The notes under the pieces were generated by a model. That model was not told where the DNA came from, made no database searches, and saw only the letters and a list, made by a program, of their open reading frames with translations. A DNA stretch of 64,000 nucleotides, taken from IMG/VR virus record IMGVR_UViG_3300050343_000182; one strand, 5' to 3'. This document shows, in pieces, positions 39,101 to 48,822 of the stretch; within the stretch, counting starts at the first letter, position 1; each line of letters starts with the position of its first letter. Both the position numbers and the translations under genes were made by a program. Source of the stretch: a virus.

Positions 39101-39704
39101 TATCCAGACAGTTAACTTCACCCTGTCGAATGATGACGGCACGGTGCTAAGAAACATCCTCATGGCAGAAGAGGATTCATTAGGTAACCCCGAAGTTGAT
39201 GCTACTGAAGCATACAACAGCGGTGATCTCTGCTATAACATTGATTGGGCACCAGGCACTGCTTTGGGTTGGATTTACGACTCAGGTGTATGGTATAAGT
39301 TTGGTCTAAGTGATACTACACCTATCACATCTAATAGATTCAGTGGTGAAACACATTATGGTATTGGCATCGCACCCGATGCATCCAATCGCATGAAAAT
39401 TGCTGGCAACGTAATGGTTAGCGGTGACATTGATGTTACTGGTAAATATGGTTGCGCTGATAAATACTCTCTGGCGACTGGAATTAATAATGGAAACAAC
39501 GGCGTGATGTATACAGGCAATGGATCAACGTCATCCTTTGCTATCTCGCCTGGTCATAATGCATATTCGTTATTAGTATTCTTGAATGGTGTTTGTCAAC
39601 GTCCTGGGACTGACTACACAGTCACTGCTAACGCTGTAGATTTCTCAGTTGGCACTATTCCACAGACTGGAGACGCTATTCAAATCCGTGAATTGGTTAT
39701 CTAA
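36126..39704 (+). CDS. Virion structural/tail-fibre protein, 1192 aa
   Basis: IIYVNPDD..PFKSLQRAF; GSDLRRT beta-helix-like start; late promoter at 36092. Confidence 0.78.
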   Translation: MALTRLKNIITSRTGRIIYVNPDDFDASDAFDNRGNSALRPFKSLQRAFLEVARFSYRVGLSNDEFDAFSIYLYPSEYVIDNRPGLADYNQIQPFNENTNFDLTSASNELYKFNSTRGGVICPRGVSVVGSDLRRTKIIPKYVPYPTVQGSLGITAANEPGPSAIFRLTGGCYFWQMSFFDGDNTGVYYRDDLSQIAPNFSHHKITCFEYANGADLELYYQKISKGYAVIPDTSGLPSQDQLQPRVEENRIVGPISDEFAVSQIIRNGQTATAFTVDELGNPKNHGFSVGVAVNISGVTGPTDQDALLYNGSFLVTSAQGNQFTYQMSAEPSGNALGSNVLVKVEIDTVDSASPYVFNLSLRSVWGINGMHADGSQATGFKSMVVAQFTGISLQKDDRAFVLYNPNTGNYEAQASGSGAHINGLCKYRKGWRHVHIHASNDSFIQVVSVFAVGFGDHFFSESGGDLSITNSNSNFGNTSLRSKGFKAASFTKDKAGQITHVIPPKSLSDVDEISINWVTIDITKTRSVADPTKLFIYGYTVETGRPPSKVQGYTVGARRDDVNTPDRLYVLLLASGASEPTAHYADVNPSGKEVTGTRAGDDESPLKWDSSNNQWYIQVDGNAAQNTIYTTLQANSLYQNLGFTPTTYIRRVPDARNLVDRVYRYRYVLDKDAFPVPREPITGFVLQPRSSETNSPAYSKTYYVYATETYQTFERGVTDGIYYLTLLNASVSPSTSNFNDFFFSQQTVDLYPAFDRDNPVADPAASVSIADNETLGLVTTTDGASPVPNKDTERSITKESSQFFLLESENNLGYNTTSNVLNGISVTARLGEAEDRKIPLKLNADNSVQPILCELRRYSILRASGHTFEYLGFGPGNYSTAFPSTQVEVLSPAQVRLSQSLKEAAGVAYYSGVNSDGELFVGNQVINPVTGQITNEDIAQLNVLGEEGTTIETFSELVLTDKLTVIGGASNQLESVFSGPVTFQKKITSQDTIQTVNFTLSNDDGTVLRNILMAEEDSLGNPEVDATEAYNSGDLCYNIDWAPGTALGWIYDSGVWYKFGLSDTTPITSNRFSGETHYGIGIAPDASNRMKIAGNVMVSGDIDVTGKYGCADKYSLATGINNGNNGVMYTGNGSTSSFAISPGHNAYSLLVFLNGVCQRPGTDYTVTANAVDFSVGTIPQTGDAIQIRELVI

Positions 39705-39737
39705 AAAAATAAATAGTTACACTAATCGGGGTCTCGA

Positions 39738-40595
39738 ATGTCCACTAAGATTATAGGAAACCAGATTGATCAGGTTACCCGTGCCATTGTTGAGGCATTG
39801 CAGGTAACCGAGCAGATCAATCTTCCTTCACTCAATCAATCTGCTGTTAATGCCTTAGGTACTCCTGCCTTTGGCACTTTGGTGTATAACAGCACCGAAG
39901 ATATGGCGCAGATCTATAAAGCAGATGCTGCTCAAGGTGTTGCTGGTTGGGATGATGTTGGTGGTGGTGGTCCTTCACTGGGTGAAGATTCGATCATCAG
40001 GACAAACGGGAAAAATATTAAAGAGAATATAACTGTTGGTGCTACTGCTAATGGTGGTCTAGAGTTTGCTAACGGTGCCACGATTGGTCCTGTGCAGATT
40101 GATAATGGATTCACAGTTACCATTGAGAATGGTGCTGCATGGAACATTATCGGTGAGGAAGACTCCAGCACTGCAGAATTTACAGAGATTACATCTGGGA
40201 ATATTACTAGCACAGGGACGTTACACTTCTCTGAAACAAAAGAAAGTCTGACTTTCTACAACACCAGTGGTAATATCACCCACGATTTTAACAACAATAA
40301 TGCTATCTTTGTTGAAAAATCTGGCGGTGGTAATTTCACCCTAAGTATTAATAATATGCCCACAGATAACGCGGCATATACAATCACTGTTGTTATTAAC
40401 GACGCTGGTGGTACTGGTGTCCCAGATACAGTTAATGTAGATGGTCAACAACAAACGATTAAGTGGGCAGGTGGATCTGCCCCTGGGCATAGTGGTGGTG
40501 CGGTTTGTGTGGTATCTTTATCATTCATTGCATTCAACACTGGTAGCACAGGTCAGTTTACAGTATTAGGTAGTGGAGGAAACTTCGAGTCATGA
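39738..40595 (+). CDS. Tail-fibre-like protein
   Basis: GTLVYNST; IKWAGGSAP; late promoter at 39708. Confidence 0.7.
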   Translation: MSTKIIGNQIDQVTRAIVEALQVTEQINLPSLNQSAVNALGTPAFGTLVYNSTEDMAQIYKADAAQGVAGWDDVGGGGPSLGEDSIIRTNGKNIKENITVGATANGGLEFANGATIGPVQIDNGFTVTIENGAAWNIIGEEDSSTAEFTEITSGNITSTGTLHFSETKESLTFYNTSGNITHDFNNNNAIFVEKSGGGNFTLSINNMPTDNAAYTITVVINDAGGTGVPDTVNVDGQQQTIKWAGGSAPGHSGGAVCVVSLSFIAFNTGSTGQFTVLGSGGNFES

Positions 40596-41554
40596 GCATT
40601 GGATTTAGTGGTAAGTTTTCGGCACTTGGTGCAACTATTGCAACCAAAGGTGGTGGTGGCGCTGGAGGTGCAGGCGGCGGTGGCGGTGGTGGTCCTGCTG
40701 CAGCATTCACTGGTCAATATAATGCGGATGCTTCAGGTGGCACTACCGTTACAATCAATGCCGAATCAAATGGTGGCACAGGATATGATGATATTACGCT
40801 AACCATTAATTCGCCCATTTCTGCCACAATGTATATGTGGGGAGCAGGTGGTGGCGGCACTAAAAGAACTGGTGGTCAGACAGGTGGAGGTGGTGGATAT
40901 TCCAAGGGCGATTATACTTTCCAACCTGGCACATATAAAGTTATGGTAGGTGGAGCAGGTGAGGGTGGATCTCAGTCTCCTTCGCCCAATGATGCATATA
41001 GAGGAAATAATACTGGCGGTGGTGACTCTGGTGCTAACACTGGAGGCAATGGCGACGGTGGCGGAGGCGGTGGTTTGACTGGTGTCTTCTCATCCTCATA
41101 TTCATATAGCAATGCAATCATCATCGCTGCAGGCGGTGGTGGTGGATCAGGTGACACTGCTAACGGTGGCGGTGGCGGTGGGTCATCAGGCAATAATGCT
41201 GGTAACTGCTGCTCTCGTGGTGGCGGCGGAGCATCACAGAATGGTGGTGGATCTGCTGGTAACGCTGGCGCTAACGGCAGCACAGGTACTCAACTTAACG
41301 GTGGCAACGGTGGTAGCACTGGCGCTGGCGGTGGTGGAGGTTACTGGGGTGGTGGCGGAGGTGGTTCGTCAGGTCCAGGTGCTGGTGGCGGTGGATCAGG
41401 ATACACTGGTGGTGTAACTGGTGGCACTATGTCTAATGGATCCACTGGAGGAAACTCTGCCACAGGTAGTAATAGACCTAGTAGTTCTGTTGGACGTGGC
41501 GGCAACTCTGGTGGTCGTGGAGGCGGTGGCGCAATCGTCTTCGTGTTCTCATAA
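40592..41554 (+). CDS. Glycine-rich virion protein
   Basis: MWGAGGGG; GGGGYSKG; IIAAGGGG; GGGGGYWGGGG. Confidence 0.78.
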   Translation: MSIGFSGKFSALGATIATKGGGGAGGAGGGGGGGPAAAFTGQYNADASGGTTVTINAESNGGTGYDDITLTINSPISATMYMWGAGGGGTKRTGGQTGGGGGYSKGDYTFQPGTYKVMVGGAGEGGSQSPSPNDAYRGNNTGGGDSGANTGGNGDGGGGGGLTGVFSSSYSYSNAIIIAAGGGGGSGDTANGGGGGGSSGNNAGNCCSRGGGGASQNGGGSAGNAGANGSTGTQLNGGNGGSTGAGGGGGYWGGGGGGSSGPGAGGGGSGYTGGVTGGTMSNGSTGGNSATGSNRPSSSVGRGGNSGGRGGGGAIVFVFS

Positions 41555-41578
41555 ATAAAACGTAGGAATTAAAGTAGC

Positions 41579-42388
41579 ATGGCACAGCTAAATGTAAACG
41601 CTATTAAAGACTTAGGGGGTATCGGTGGATTCACCCTGTCTAGTGGTGGATTGACTGCTAACGGCACGTTAACCGTTACTAATCTCTCAGTTGATGGGAC
41701 TATTGCAGGCACTTCAAGTTATATTATCCCAAACCCATCGTCGTATCAGGGTAAATTCCTGACAAATAATGGTGCGGTCCTTCAATGGGGTGACCTGAGC
41801 AGTGCTGCTGGTGTTAGATCCATGCAAGTATGGACTTCTAATGGTACTTGGAGCAGACCATCTGGTGTTAAAACTATCATGGTTACTGTGACAGGTGCAG
41901 GTGGTGGAGGTAGCGGATACTGTGAATCTGGTGGTGCTGGTGGCACTTCACAGAGACAAGTTGATGTGACCAATGTATCATCAGTTTCAGTCACTATTGG
42001 TAACCCAGGTGGAGGCACTAATTATTCTGGTTGTGGTGGAAGTGGCAACTCTTCTTCCTTTGGATCCTATTGTAGTGCAGGTGGTGGACTCGGCGCAAAC
42101 TGTAGTCAACAGCACGCAGGCGGATATGGTGGTAACGGAAGTGGCGGGACCCTCAACATCTACGGTGGTGGAGGTAACGGACACGGATCACACTACTCAT
42201 ATGGTAACCACACCGCTGGAGTGAGTTACTTCGGTGGGACACAACCAGCATCCCACGGTCAAGGAAACTATTCTCACAGACACCAGTCTCATGCTGCATG
42301 GGGCGCTGGTGGTAATGGTGCTCAGCACGGTAACAGAGGTGCTAGAGGACGTGAGGGTGTGGTCGTAGTCCACGAATTCTACGGATAA
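41579..42388 (+). CDS. Gly-rich fibre-associated paralog 1 (269 aa)
   Basis: SMQVWTSNGTWSRPSG; late promoter at 41550. Confidence 0.8.
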   Translation: MAQLNVNAIKDLGGIGGFTLSSGGLTANGTLTVTNLSVDGTIAGTSSYIIPNPSSYQGKFLTNNGAVLQWGDLSSAAGVRSMQVWTSNGTWSRPSGVKTIMVTVTGAGGGGSGYCESGGAGGTSQRQVDVTNVSSVSVTIGNPGGGTNYSGCGGSGNSSSFGSYCSAGGGLGANCSQQHAGGYGGNGSGGTLNIYGGGGNGHGSHYSYGNHTAGVSYFGGTQPASHGQGNYSHRHQSHAAWGAGGNGAQHGNRGARGREGVVVVHEFYG

Positions 42389-42408
42389 ATACTAAAAAAG
42401 AGACTATT

Positions 42409-43218
42409 ATGTCACAGATTAGAGTATCATCTATCAAAGATCTTTCTGATAGCACTGGATTTCTCCTTTCCACAGGTAAAATTCATGCTATCGGGACGTT
42501 GACTGTCTCTAACATTGTCATTAACGGCAAGATTAGTGGTAACAGTGACTATATTATCCCCAATATGTCTGGTAACGCAGGTAAATACCTGAGAGCAGGT
42601 GCATCTGGTCTTGAGTGGGCAGGTGCTGGTGGTGGATCTGGTATCAGATCTATGCAAGTGTGGACATCTAATGGCACTTGGACTAGACCCAGTAACTGTA
42701 AATCTATCATCGTAACTGTTACTGGAGCAGGCGGTGGTGGATCTGGTCACTGTGAATCAGCAGGTGCAGGTGGCACGTCTGAAAGAGTTCTTGATGTGAC
42801 TAATGTCTCATCAGTTTCTGTTACTATCGGCAATCCTGGTGGTGGCACAAACTATGCAGGATGTGGTGGTAACGGTAACTCCTCGTCTTTCGGTAGTTAT
42901 TGCTCTGCATCTGGTGGATATGGTGCTAACTGTCGTCAACAGCACGCAGGTGGTATTGGTGGTAATGGATCAGGTGGCACCCTAAATGTATACGGTGGCG
43001 GTGGTAATGGTCATGGATCACACTACAGTTATGGTAACCATTCCTCTGGTAGATCATATTATGGTGGTGGACAACCATCATCTCATGGTCAAGGAAACTA
43101 TTCCCATAGACATCAATCACACGCCGCATGGGGTGCTGGTGGTAACGGATCTCAGCATGGTAACCGAGGTGCTAGAGGACGTGAGGGTGTAGTTGTAGTC
43201 CAAGAATTCTTCGGATAA
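42409..43218 (+). CDS. Gly-rich fibre-associated paralog 2 (269 aa)
   Basis: Same motifs; late promoter at 42384. Confidence 0.8.
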   Translation: MSQIRVSSIKDLSDSTGFLLSTGKIHAIGTLTVSNIVINGKISGNSDYIIPNMSGNAGKYLRAGASGLEWAGAGGGSGIRSMQVWTSNGTWTRPSNCKSIIVTVTGAGGGGSGHCESAGAGGTSERVLDVTNVSSVSVTIGNPGGGTNYAGCGGNGNSSSFGSYCSASGGYGANCRQQHAGGIGGNGSGGTLNVYGGGGNGHGSHYSYGNHSSGRSYYGGGQPSSHGQGNYSHRHQSHAAWGAGGNGSQHGNRGARGREGVVVVQEFFG

Positions 43219-43241
43219 ATACTAAGTCAAGGCATTACGAA

Positions 43242-44051
43242 ATGAGCGTCTTAAAAGTCACTACAGTAAAAGATCCCTCTGGTGTTGGAGGTTTTACCCT
43301 CAACAGTGGATCTATCACTGCGAACGGTGAATTAAAGGTCACCAACCTTAACATCAACGGCAGTATTTCTGGATCATCTACTTACGTTGTGCCCGCTTTT
43401 AGTGGTTCAGGTGGTAGATATCTATCCACGGATGGTAGCAATCTGCAGTGGGCAGCAGTTTCTGCTACAGGTGGATTCAGATCCATGCAAGTATGGACTT
43501 CTAATGGCACTTGGTCTAGACCAAGTGGTGTTGCATCAATTAAAGTCGTCGTAGTCGGCGCTGGTGGCGGGGGATCAGGTTATTGTGAATCAGCAGGTGC
43601 TGGTGGTTGCTCACAAAGAGTTATTGATGTAACTAATACATCAAGTGTTTCTGTTACTATTGGTAATCCAGGTGGTGGTACTAACTACGCTGGATGTGGT
43701 GGTAATGGTAACTCATCAAGTTTCGGATCATTCTGCTCAGCATCGGGCGGATATGGTGCCAACTGTCGTCAACAACATGCTGGTGGAATTGGCGGCAATG
43801 GATCAGGTGGTACGCTAAATGTTTATGGTGGAGGTGGCAACGGTCACGGATCTAACCACTCTTATGGTAACCATGCGGCAGGATCTTCCTACATGGGTGG
43901 ATCTCAACCATCATCACATAACCAGTCAAACTATTCACATAGACACCAATCTCACGCAGCGTGGGGATCTGGTGGTAACGGATCAAGAAACGGCAACCGA
44001 GGCGCAAGAGGTCGCGAAGGTGTTGTTGTAGTTTACGAATACTACAGCTGA
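43242..44051 (+). CDS. Gly-rich fibre-associated paralog 3 (269 aa)
   Basis: Same motifs; late promoter at 43214. Confidence 0.8.
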   Translation: MSVLKVTTVKDPSGVGGFTLNSGSITANGELKVTNLNINGSISGSSTYVVPAFSGSGGRYLSTDGSNLQWAAVSATGGFRSMQVWTSNGTWSRPSGVASIKVVVVGAGGGGSGYCESAGAGGCSQRVIDVTNTSSVSVTIGNPGGGTNYAGCGGNGNSSSFGSFCSASGGYGANCRQQHAGGIGGNGSGGTLNVYGGGGNGHGSNHSYGNHAAGSSYMGGSQPSSHNQSNYSHRHQSHAAWGSGGNGSRNGNRGARGREGVVVVYEYYS

Positions 44052-44082
44052 TAAATAACAACGAAGGAGATTTTAATCTATC

Positions 44083-44511
44083 ATGGCTAAATGGGCAATC
44101 TGCGACGCAGCGACAGGTCAACTTAACGACATCTGCGATGAAGAAGATAAGTTTGAGATCTATGAAGGTCCAGACTCTAGTATGAAGTGGGTGCCAGTCC
44201 CTGATGATGTCACCTATGAGCACACTATGATCAATGGAGTTGTAGTTCATAGGGATGATCTTGAGGACATCAAAGCGCGTGCAGAAGTTACTCGCGTGCT
44301 AGCATATGGCACTGTTGGTCAGCAACTAGACATGCAATTTGCAGATGCTGCTAACGGCACTACAACTTGGAAAGATCATATTGATAATGTGAAAGCAACC
44401 ACAACGGCACCTCGTACTATTCCTGAATTTGTGCCTAATCCTAGGCATCAGCAACTAGAAGGACGTAAGTCATGGGAAGATTGGGTTGACAATTGGACCC
44501 CACCTGTGTAA
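44083..44511 (+). CDS. Tail-fibre assembly-like protein
   Basis: Follows fibre genes; AYGTVGQQLDMQF...WKDHI; late promoter at 44050. Confidence 0.6.
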   Translation: MAKWAICDAATGQLNDICDEEDKFEIYEGPDSSMKWVPVPDDVTYEHTMINGVVVHRDDLEDIKARAEVTRVLAYGTVGQQLDMQFADAANGTTTWKDHIDNVKATTTAPRTIPEFVPNPRHQQLEGRKSWEDWVDNWTPPV

Positions 44512-44514
44512 GAT
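44486..44514 (+). promoter_or_regulatory. Sigma70 promoter for the halogenase cluster
   Basis: TTGACA-17-TAAGAT. Confidence 0.7.
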
Positions 44515-44546
44515 AGTGATCTAAAGTCTAGGACTTTCTTTATTAT

Positions 44547-45992
44547 ATGAAAATTTGTATTGTTGGTGGCGGATCGTCTGGTTGGATGACCGCCTCTACT
44601 CTTGTAAGAGCATTTCCAAATTGGGATATAACCCTGATTGAATCGCCCAAAGTTGCCAGTGTTGGTGTGGGTGAATCTACGACGCAATTGTTTAGACAGT
44701 GGACGCATTTCCTAGGTCTTAAAGATGAAGAGTGGATGCCTGCATGTGATGCAACTTATAAGATTAGTGTAAGGTTTCATAATTTTAATAAAGTTGGTGA
44801 TAGACCTTGGCAGTATCCTTTTGGTTTGCCAAGAACTGATGTTGATGTCCCACCAGATGTGTGGTGGTATGCTCAGGCAAAACGTGGGTGGACTAATGAT
44901 AAGTTTGCCAAAGACTTTTATGTAACAGCATATTGTGCTGAAAAGAATTTGCTGCCTGTTGATCATGAATACTTTAAGATTGGTGGACAAACAGGGTTTC
45001 ACTTTGATGCAGTTAAGTTTGCAAACTGGTTGAAGGAAAACTATGCAATACCTCGTGGTGTAAGGTATGAGCAAGAGCATGTAACTAGGGATATATTGAA
45101 TGAAGACTATGATCTATTCTTTGATTGTACTGGATTCAAATCACTGCTGAATGATAGTGAGTGGATTGATTACAGTGACTATCTACCTAACAATAGAGCA
45201 TGGGTAACACGTCTTCCTTATATTAATAAAGAAGAGGAGTTGAAACCTGTCACTGATTGCACTGCATTGTCATCAGGATGGGTGTGGAATGTGCCAACAT
45301 GGGAGAGAATCGGCACAGGATATAATTTCTGTGATAAGTATATCTCTGTAGATGATGCATTGCATGAGTTTGCAACTCACCTCAAGGTTGATAGTGATGA
45401 GCATGGATTTAGACTGATAGAATATAAGACAGGACGTAAGAAAGAGATATGGAATGGTAAGGTCATTTCTATTGGTTTGAGTGCAGGATTCATCGAACCT
45501 CTAGAGTCAAATGGTCTGCTATCTACACACACATTCTTAACACAATTCTGCCGAGTAATGGCAGGTAAGGATCATGTCACTCAGTTTATGAGAGACACCT
45601 TCAATAACAACTCCAACTATAATTTTGATGGGTTTGCATCTTTCGTTGCACTGCATTATGCAATGACTCAACGCAATGACTCACCATATTGGAGAGCAGT
45701 TTCTAATATCAGATATCCATATAATAATCTGTTTAAGTCTGCTCAGATCAATTACATGGAGCAATCAATTCACTTCCCTATTAAGATTACATGGGAGAGT
45801 GATTCATTGTTGTGTGTGATGGCAGGACATGGATGGAATCCATTTAATGATGTTATACTAGATGAAATGGAATTCTTTGGTGGTGTGCCTACTAATGCTC
45901 GTGCAAATACATTTGAGATCCCTCCTTATCAGGGTATAGATACTATGACGACACCGCTTAATTATTATTTGAGGACATTATATGCGAGTTGA
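44547..45992 (+). CDS. Flavin-dependent (tryptophan-type) halogenase 1
   Basis: GGGSSG; GVGEST; ATYK; WVWNVP; FIEPLESNG. Confidence 0.93.
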   Translation: MKICIVGGGSSGWMTASTLVRAFPNWDITLIESPKVASVGVGESTTQLFRQWTHFLGLKDEEWMPACDATYKISVRFHNFNKVGDRPWQYPFGLPRTDVDVPPDVWWYAQAKRGWTNDKFAKDFYVTAYCAEKNLLPVDHEYFKIGGQTGFHFDAVKFANWLKENYAIPRGVRYEQEHVTRDILNEDYDLFFDCTGFKSLLNDSEWIDYSDYLPNNRAWVTRLPYINKEEELKPVTDCTALSSGWVWNVPTWERIGTGYNFCDKYISVDDALHEFATHLKVDSDEHGFRLIEYKTGRKKEIWNGKVISIGLSAGFIEPLESNGLLSTHTFLTQFCRVMAGKDHVTQFMRDTFNNNSNYNFDGFASFVALHYAMTQRNDSPYWRAVSNIRYPYNNLFKSAQINYMEQSIHFPIKITWESDSLLCVMAGHGWNPFNDVILDEMEFFGGVPTNARANTFEIPPYQGIDTMTTPLNYYLRTLYAS

Positions 45993-47595
45993 ATCTATTG
46001 TTATTGTTGGTGGTGGTAGCAGTGGTTGGATGACAGCAGCAATGCTATCCAAAACATTCCCTAAGATGCAGATTGGTCTGATTGAAGGTGCTGAGGGACC
46101 AATTGGTGTGGGTGAGTCTACATTAGGACACTTCAATCGATTCCTAAGAAGATTGGGATTGAAAGATAAAGACTGGATGCCTGCATGTAATGCAACTTAC
46201 AAGACATCAATTGCATTTAAGAATTTCAGAGATGGTAAGGGAGAGAGATTCCAATATCCATTCGGAGAGTTTGATCTATTTGATTATAAAGACTCACTGA
46301 TGAGATACTTTGAGTTGCAATGTGAATATGGTATGGAGAAGTATCCACCAGAGCAATTTGCTAACTTTGCAAACAATCAGACATACTTAGCAGATCGATG
46401 TAAGATCTCTGCCGATGCTATCCCTGACTGCATTTATAGTATGGACAAGGACACTGCATATCATTTTGATGCAGGATTGTTTGGTAACTTTTTAAGAGAT
46501 ACCATCTGTATTCCTAATGGTGTGTTACATCTCAAGGGCACGATTGAGAAGGTGATGAAGAACCCTGATGGTAGTATTGACTCACTTGTTACTGATCAGG
46601 ATGGACTAATCAAAGCAGACTTATATGTTGACTGCACAGGTTTCAAGTCACTGTTACTTGAGCAGCACATGGGTAGTGAGTTTATATCATTTAAGGATAA
46701 ACTATTCAATGATACAGCACTAGCAACACAGATTCCATACTCTGATCGTGAGAATCAGATGGAAACATATACTGACTGTGTTGCAATGGATGCAGGATGG
46801 GTATGGAATATCCCACTATGGAATCGTGTTGGCACAGGATATGTTTATGCATCAGATTATATCAATGAGTGTGAGGCAGAGGTAGAGTTTAGAGAGTATC
46901 TCAGTGAGAGATATACGCCTGAAATTGCTAAAGATGCCAAACTACGCAAGATCGATATCAAACATGGTAAACGTGATAAGGCATGGGTTAAGAATGTTGT
47001 GGGCATTGGATTGTCCTATGCATTCTTAGAACCTCTAGAATCTACTGGACTGATGACAACACATGAGAATGTCTTGCTGTTGTGTGATACTCTAGAGAAA
47101 AGACAGGGATTCTATGCTAGAATGGAGCAGGACGCATTTAACTACAGTTGTGATAACATGATTGAGGCAATGAAGTGTTTCGTTGCACTTCACTATGCAC
47201 TCAGTCAACGTGATGACAACCAATACTGGAGAGATTGCACTAACATTAACTTTGATATTGACCCTGCATGGAGACATTCAACCAGGGTTGCTCATGGTAA
47301 TACAGTTGTTATGCTTGAAGGTATGGAGAATGCATTTAATAACCTAGAGCAACATAGTGGATCTATCTACATTGCTGCTGGTCAGGGTTATCGTCCATTC
47401 TCAGAAGGAATGTATTACGAGAAGAAGTCTACTACTCCTCAATTAGATGAGTGGGAGGATGACATCCATGATATTCATACTAAATACCAACAAGACCGAC
47501 AAACTATGATCGACTGGGTTGATCAACTACCATCACACTATGAGTACCTGAGGGACAACATTTATGATCTTCAAGAAGAAGAAACCGTGGGTTAG
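45982..47595 (+). CDS. Flavin-dependent (tryptophan-type) halogenase 2
   Basis: GGGSSG; GVGEST; ATYK; WVWNIP; FLEPLESTG. Confidence 0.93.
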   Translation: MRVESIVIVGGGSSGWMTAAMLSKTFPKMQIGLIEGAEGPIGVGESTLGHFNRFLRRLGLKDKDWMPACNATYKTSIAFKNFRDGKGERFQYPFGEFDLFDYKDSLMRYFELQCEYGMEKYPPEQFANFANNQTYLADRCKISADAIPDCIYSMDKDTAYHFDAGLFGNFLRDTICIPNGVLHLKGTIEKVMKNPDGSIDSLVTDQDGLIKADLYVDCTGFKSLLLEQHMGSEFISFKDKLFNDTALATQIPYSDRENQMETYTDCVAMDAGWVWNIPLWNRVGTGYVYASDYINECEAEVEFREYLSERYTPEIAKDAKLRKIDIKHGKRDKAWVKNVVGIGLSYAFLEPLESTGLMTTHENVLLLCDTLEKRQGFYARMEQDAFNYSCDNMIEAMKCFVALHYALSQRDDNQYWRDCTNINFDIDPAWRHSTRVAHGNTVVMLEGMENAFNNLEQHSGSIYIAAGQGYRPFSEGMYYEKKSTTPQLDEWEDDIHDIHTKYQQDRQTMIDWVDQLPSHYEYLRDNIYDLQEEETVG

Positions 47596-48439
47596 ATTCT
47601 ATTCCGTTGATCCTGGAGTTGCTGAATTGCAACCATGGATACCTGCAGCAAAACTGCATCGTAAATGGCGGACAGCAGCACTAAAAGAAGGTGCTAGTAA
47701 AGAGAAACGCTGCCCATATCTCAGAGTAACTAAACTCTGGGAGAGAATGACTGCCGAATTAAATGGTGAGGATAGCATCCCTGAGTTATACGAACATGCC
47801 GTAACATGCCCTGCATTGCGTGATGTTATGGACTCAGGTTATGTGTTAAAATGTCCTGCTGATATTCTGATCAAGACTGATGGCACTGGTGTAAATTTCC
47901 AGTGGTTGTCACAAATGAGATTCTGTACTCAGATGGGTCCAGGAAAATATGTGTCAGCACATATTCCTCAACAAACTGAGGGTATGCGTCACCTAATTGA
48001 TCAGAATAAAGATGTACTTGACTGGACAATTAAACTAGAGTTGCCATGGAGAGTGCAAGCACATCCTGATCTGGTGTTTATTCAAATGCCTATTCCCTAC
48101 TGGGATGAGGATAGATTCACACCACCCACAGGTGTAGTTGATCCATCGTATTCATACGAGATTAACTTACAACTATTCTGGCATAAGATTGAGGAAGGTG
48201 AGTATCTGATTAAAGCAGGCACTCCACTCTGTCAATGGGTGCCAGTGCATAGAAGTTTCCTAAGTAATAGGAACATTGATTTTCACTGTGAGACTGCCAA
48301 TGAGGCAGATTTTGAAAACAATGCTATCATGGAGTATCAACGCCATAAATCCTTTATGGAGATGGAGACTCTCAAGGAGCGTATTGCTTCTCACAAGGTA
48401 ATCCTTGCACTAAATAAAAACATCAAGAGGTTTATGTAA
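47564..48439 (+). CDS. Hypothetical protein of the oxygenase island
   Basis: CPALRD..GY; PW; GVVD; IKAGTPLCQWVP. Confidence 0.7.
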   Translation: MIFKKKKPWVRFYSVDPGVAELQPWIPAAKLHRKWRTAALKEGASKEKRCPYLRVTKLWERMTAELNGEDSIPELYEHAVTCPALRDVMDSGYVLKCPADILIKTDGTGVNFQWLSQMRFCTQMGPGKYVSAHIPQQTEGMRHLIDQNKDVLDWTIKLELPWRVQAHPDLVFIQMPIPYWDEDRFTPPTGVVDPSYSYEINLQLFWHKIEEGEYLIKAGTPLCQWVPVHRSFLSNRNIDFHCETANEADFENNAIMEYQRHKSFMEMETLKERIASHKVILALNKNIKRFM

Positions 48440-48441
48440 CT

Positions 48442-48822
48442 ATGGCACAAGAACAAGACGTGCTCGAAGTCTCACTCGCTGAAGAAGCGGGAGTTAAGAC
48501 TGAAGAAGAGAAACGTGAAATGGTAGGTGAGATTGAAGGTCTCATCAGTTTTGATCAACTCACTCAGAATTTTATCCAACAGTATAATGATCTCAAAGTT
48601 GAGTATATTAAACTGCAGGAAGCACTTGACAACATGCATTACACTTCTACGATCACAAAGATCTCTCTAGAAGAATTGCAAATCAAGAGAGATTTAATGA
48701 ATAAACTCTCTGGTGCTGTTGAAGCAATGTCTCTGTATAAGAAGCATGTTAACCCAGAAGTCACTGATCGTGAGTTTACCTTTGAAGATGAAACTGCTCT
48801 AGTATCTGATGGAGATTCTTGA
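48442..48822 (+). CDS. Coiled-coil hypothetical protein
   Basis: Heptad-like, acidic. Confidence 0.7.
   Translation: MAQEQDVLEVSLAEEAGVKTEEEKREMVGEIEGLISFDQLTQNFIQQYNDLKVEYIKLQEALDNMHYTSTITKISLEELQIKRDLMNKLSGAVEAMSLYKKHVNPEVTDREFTFEDETALVSDGDS

Noticed and set aside
41579-44051. Triplicated genes as a diversity-generating retroelement or invertible cassette
   Set aside because: No reverse transcriptase, adenine-specific variation, recombinase or inverted repeats
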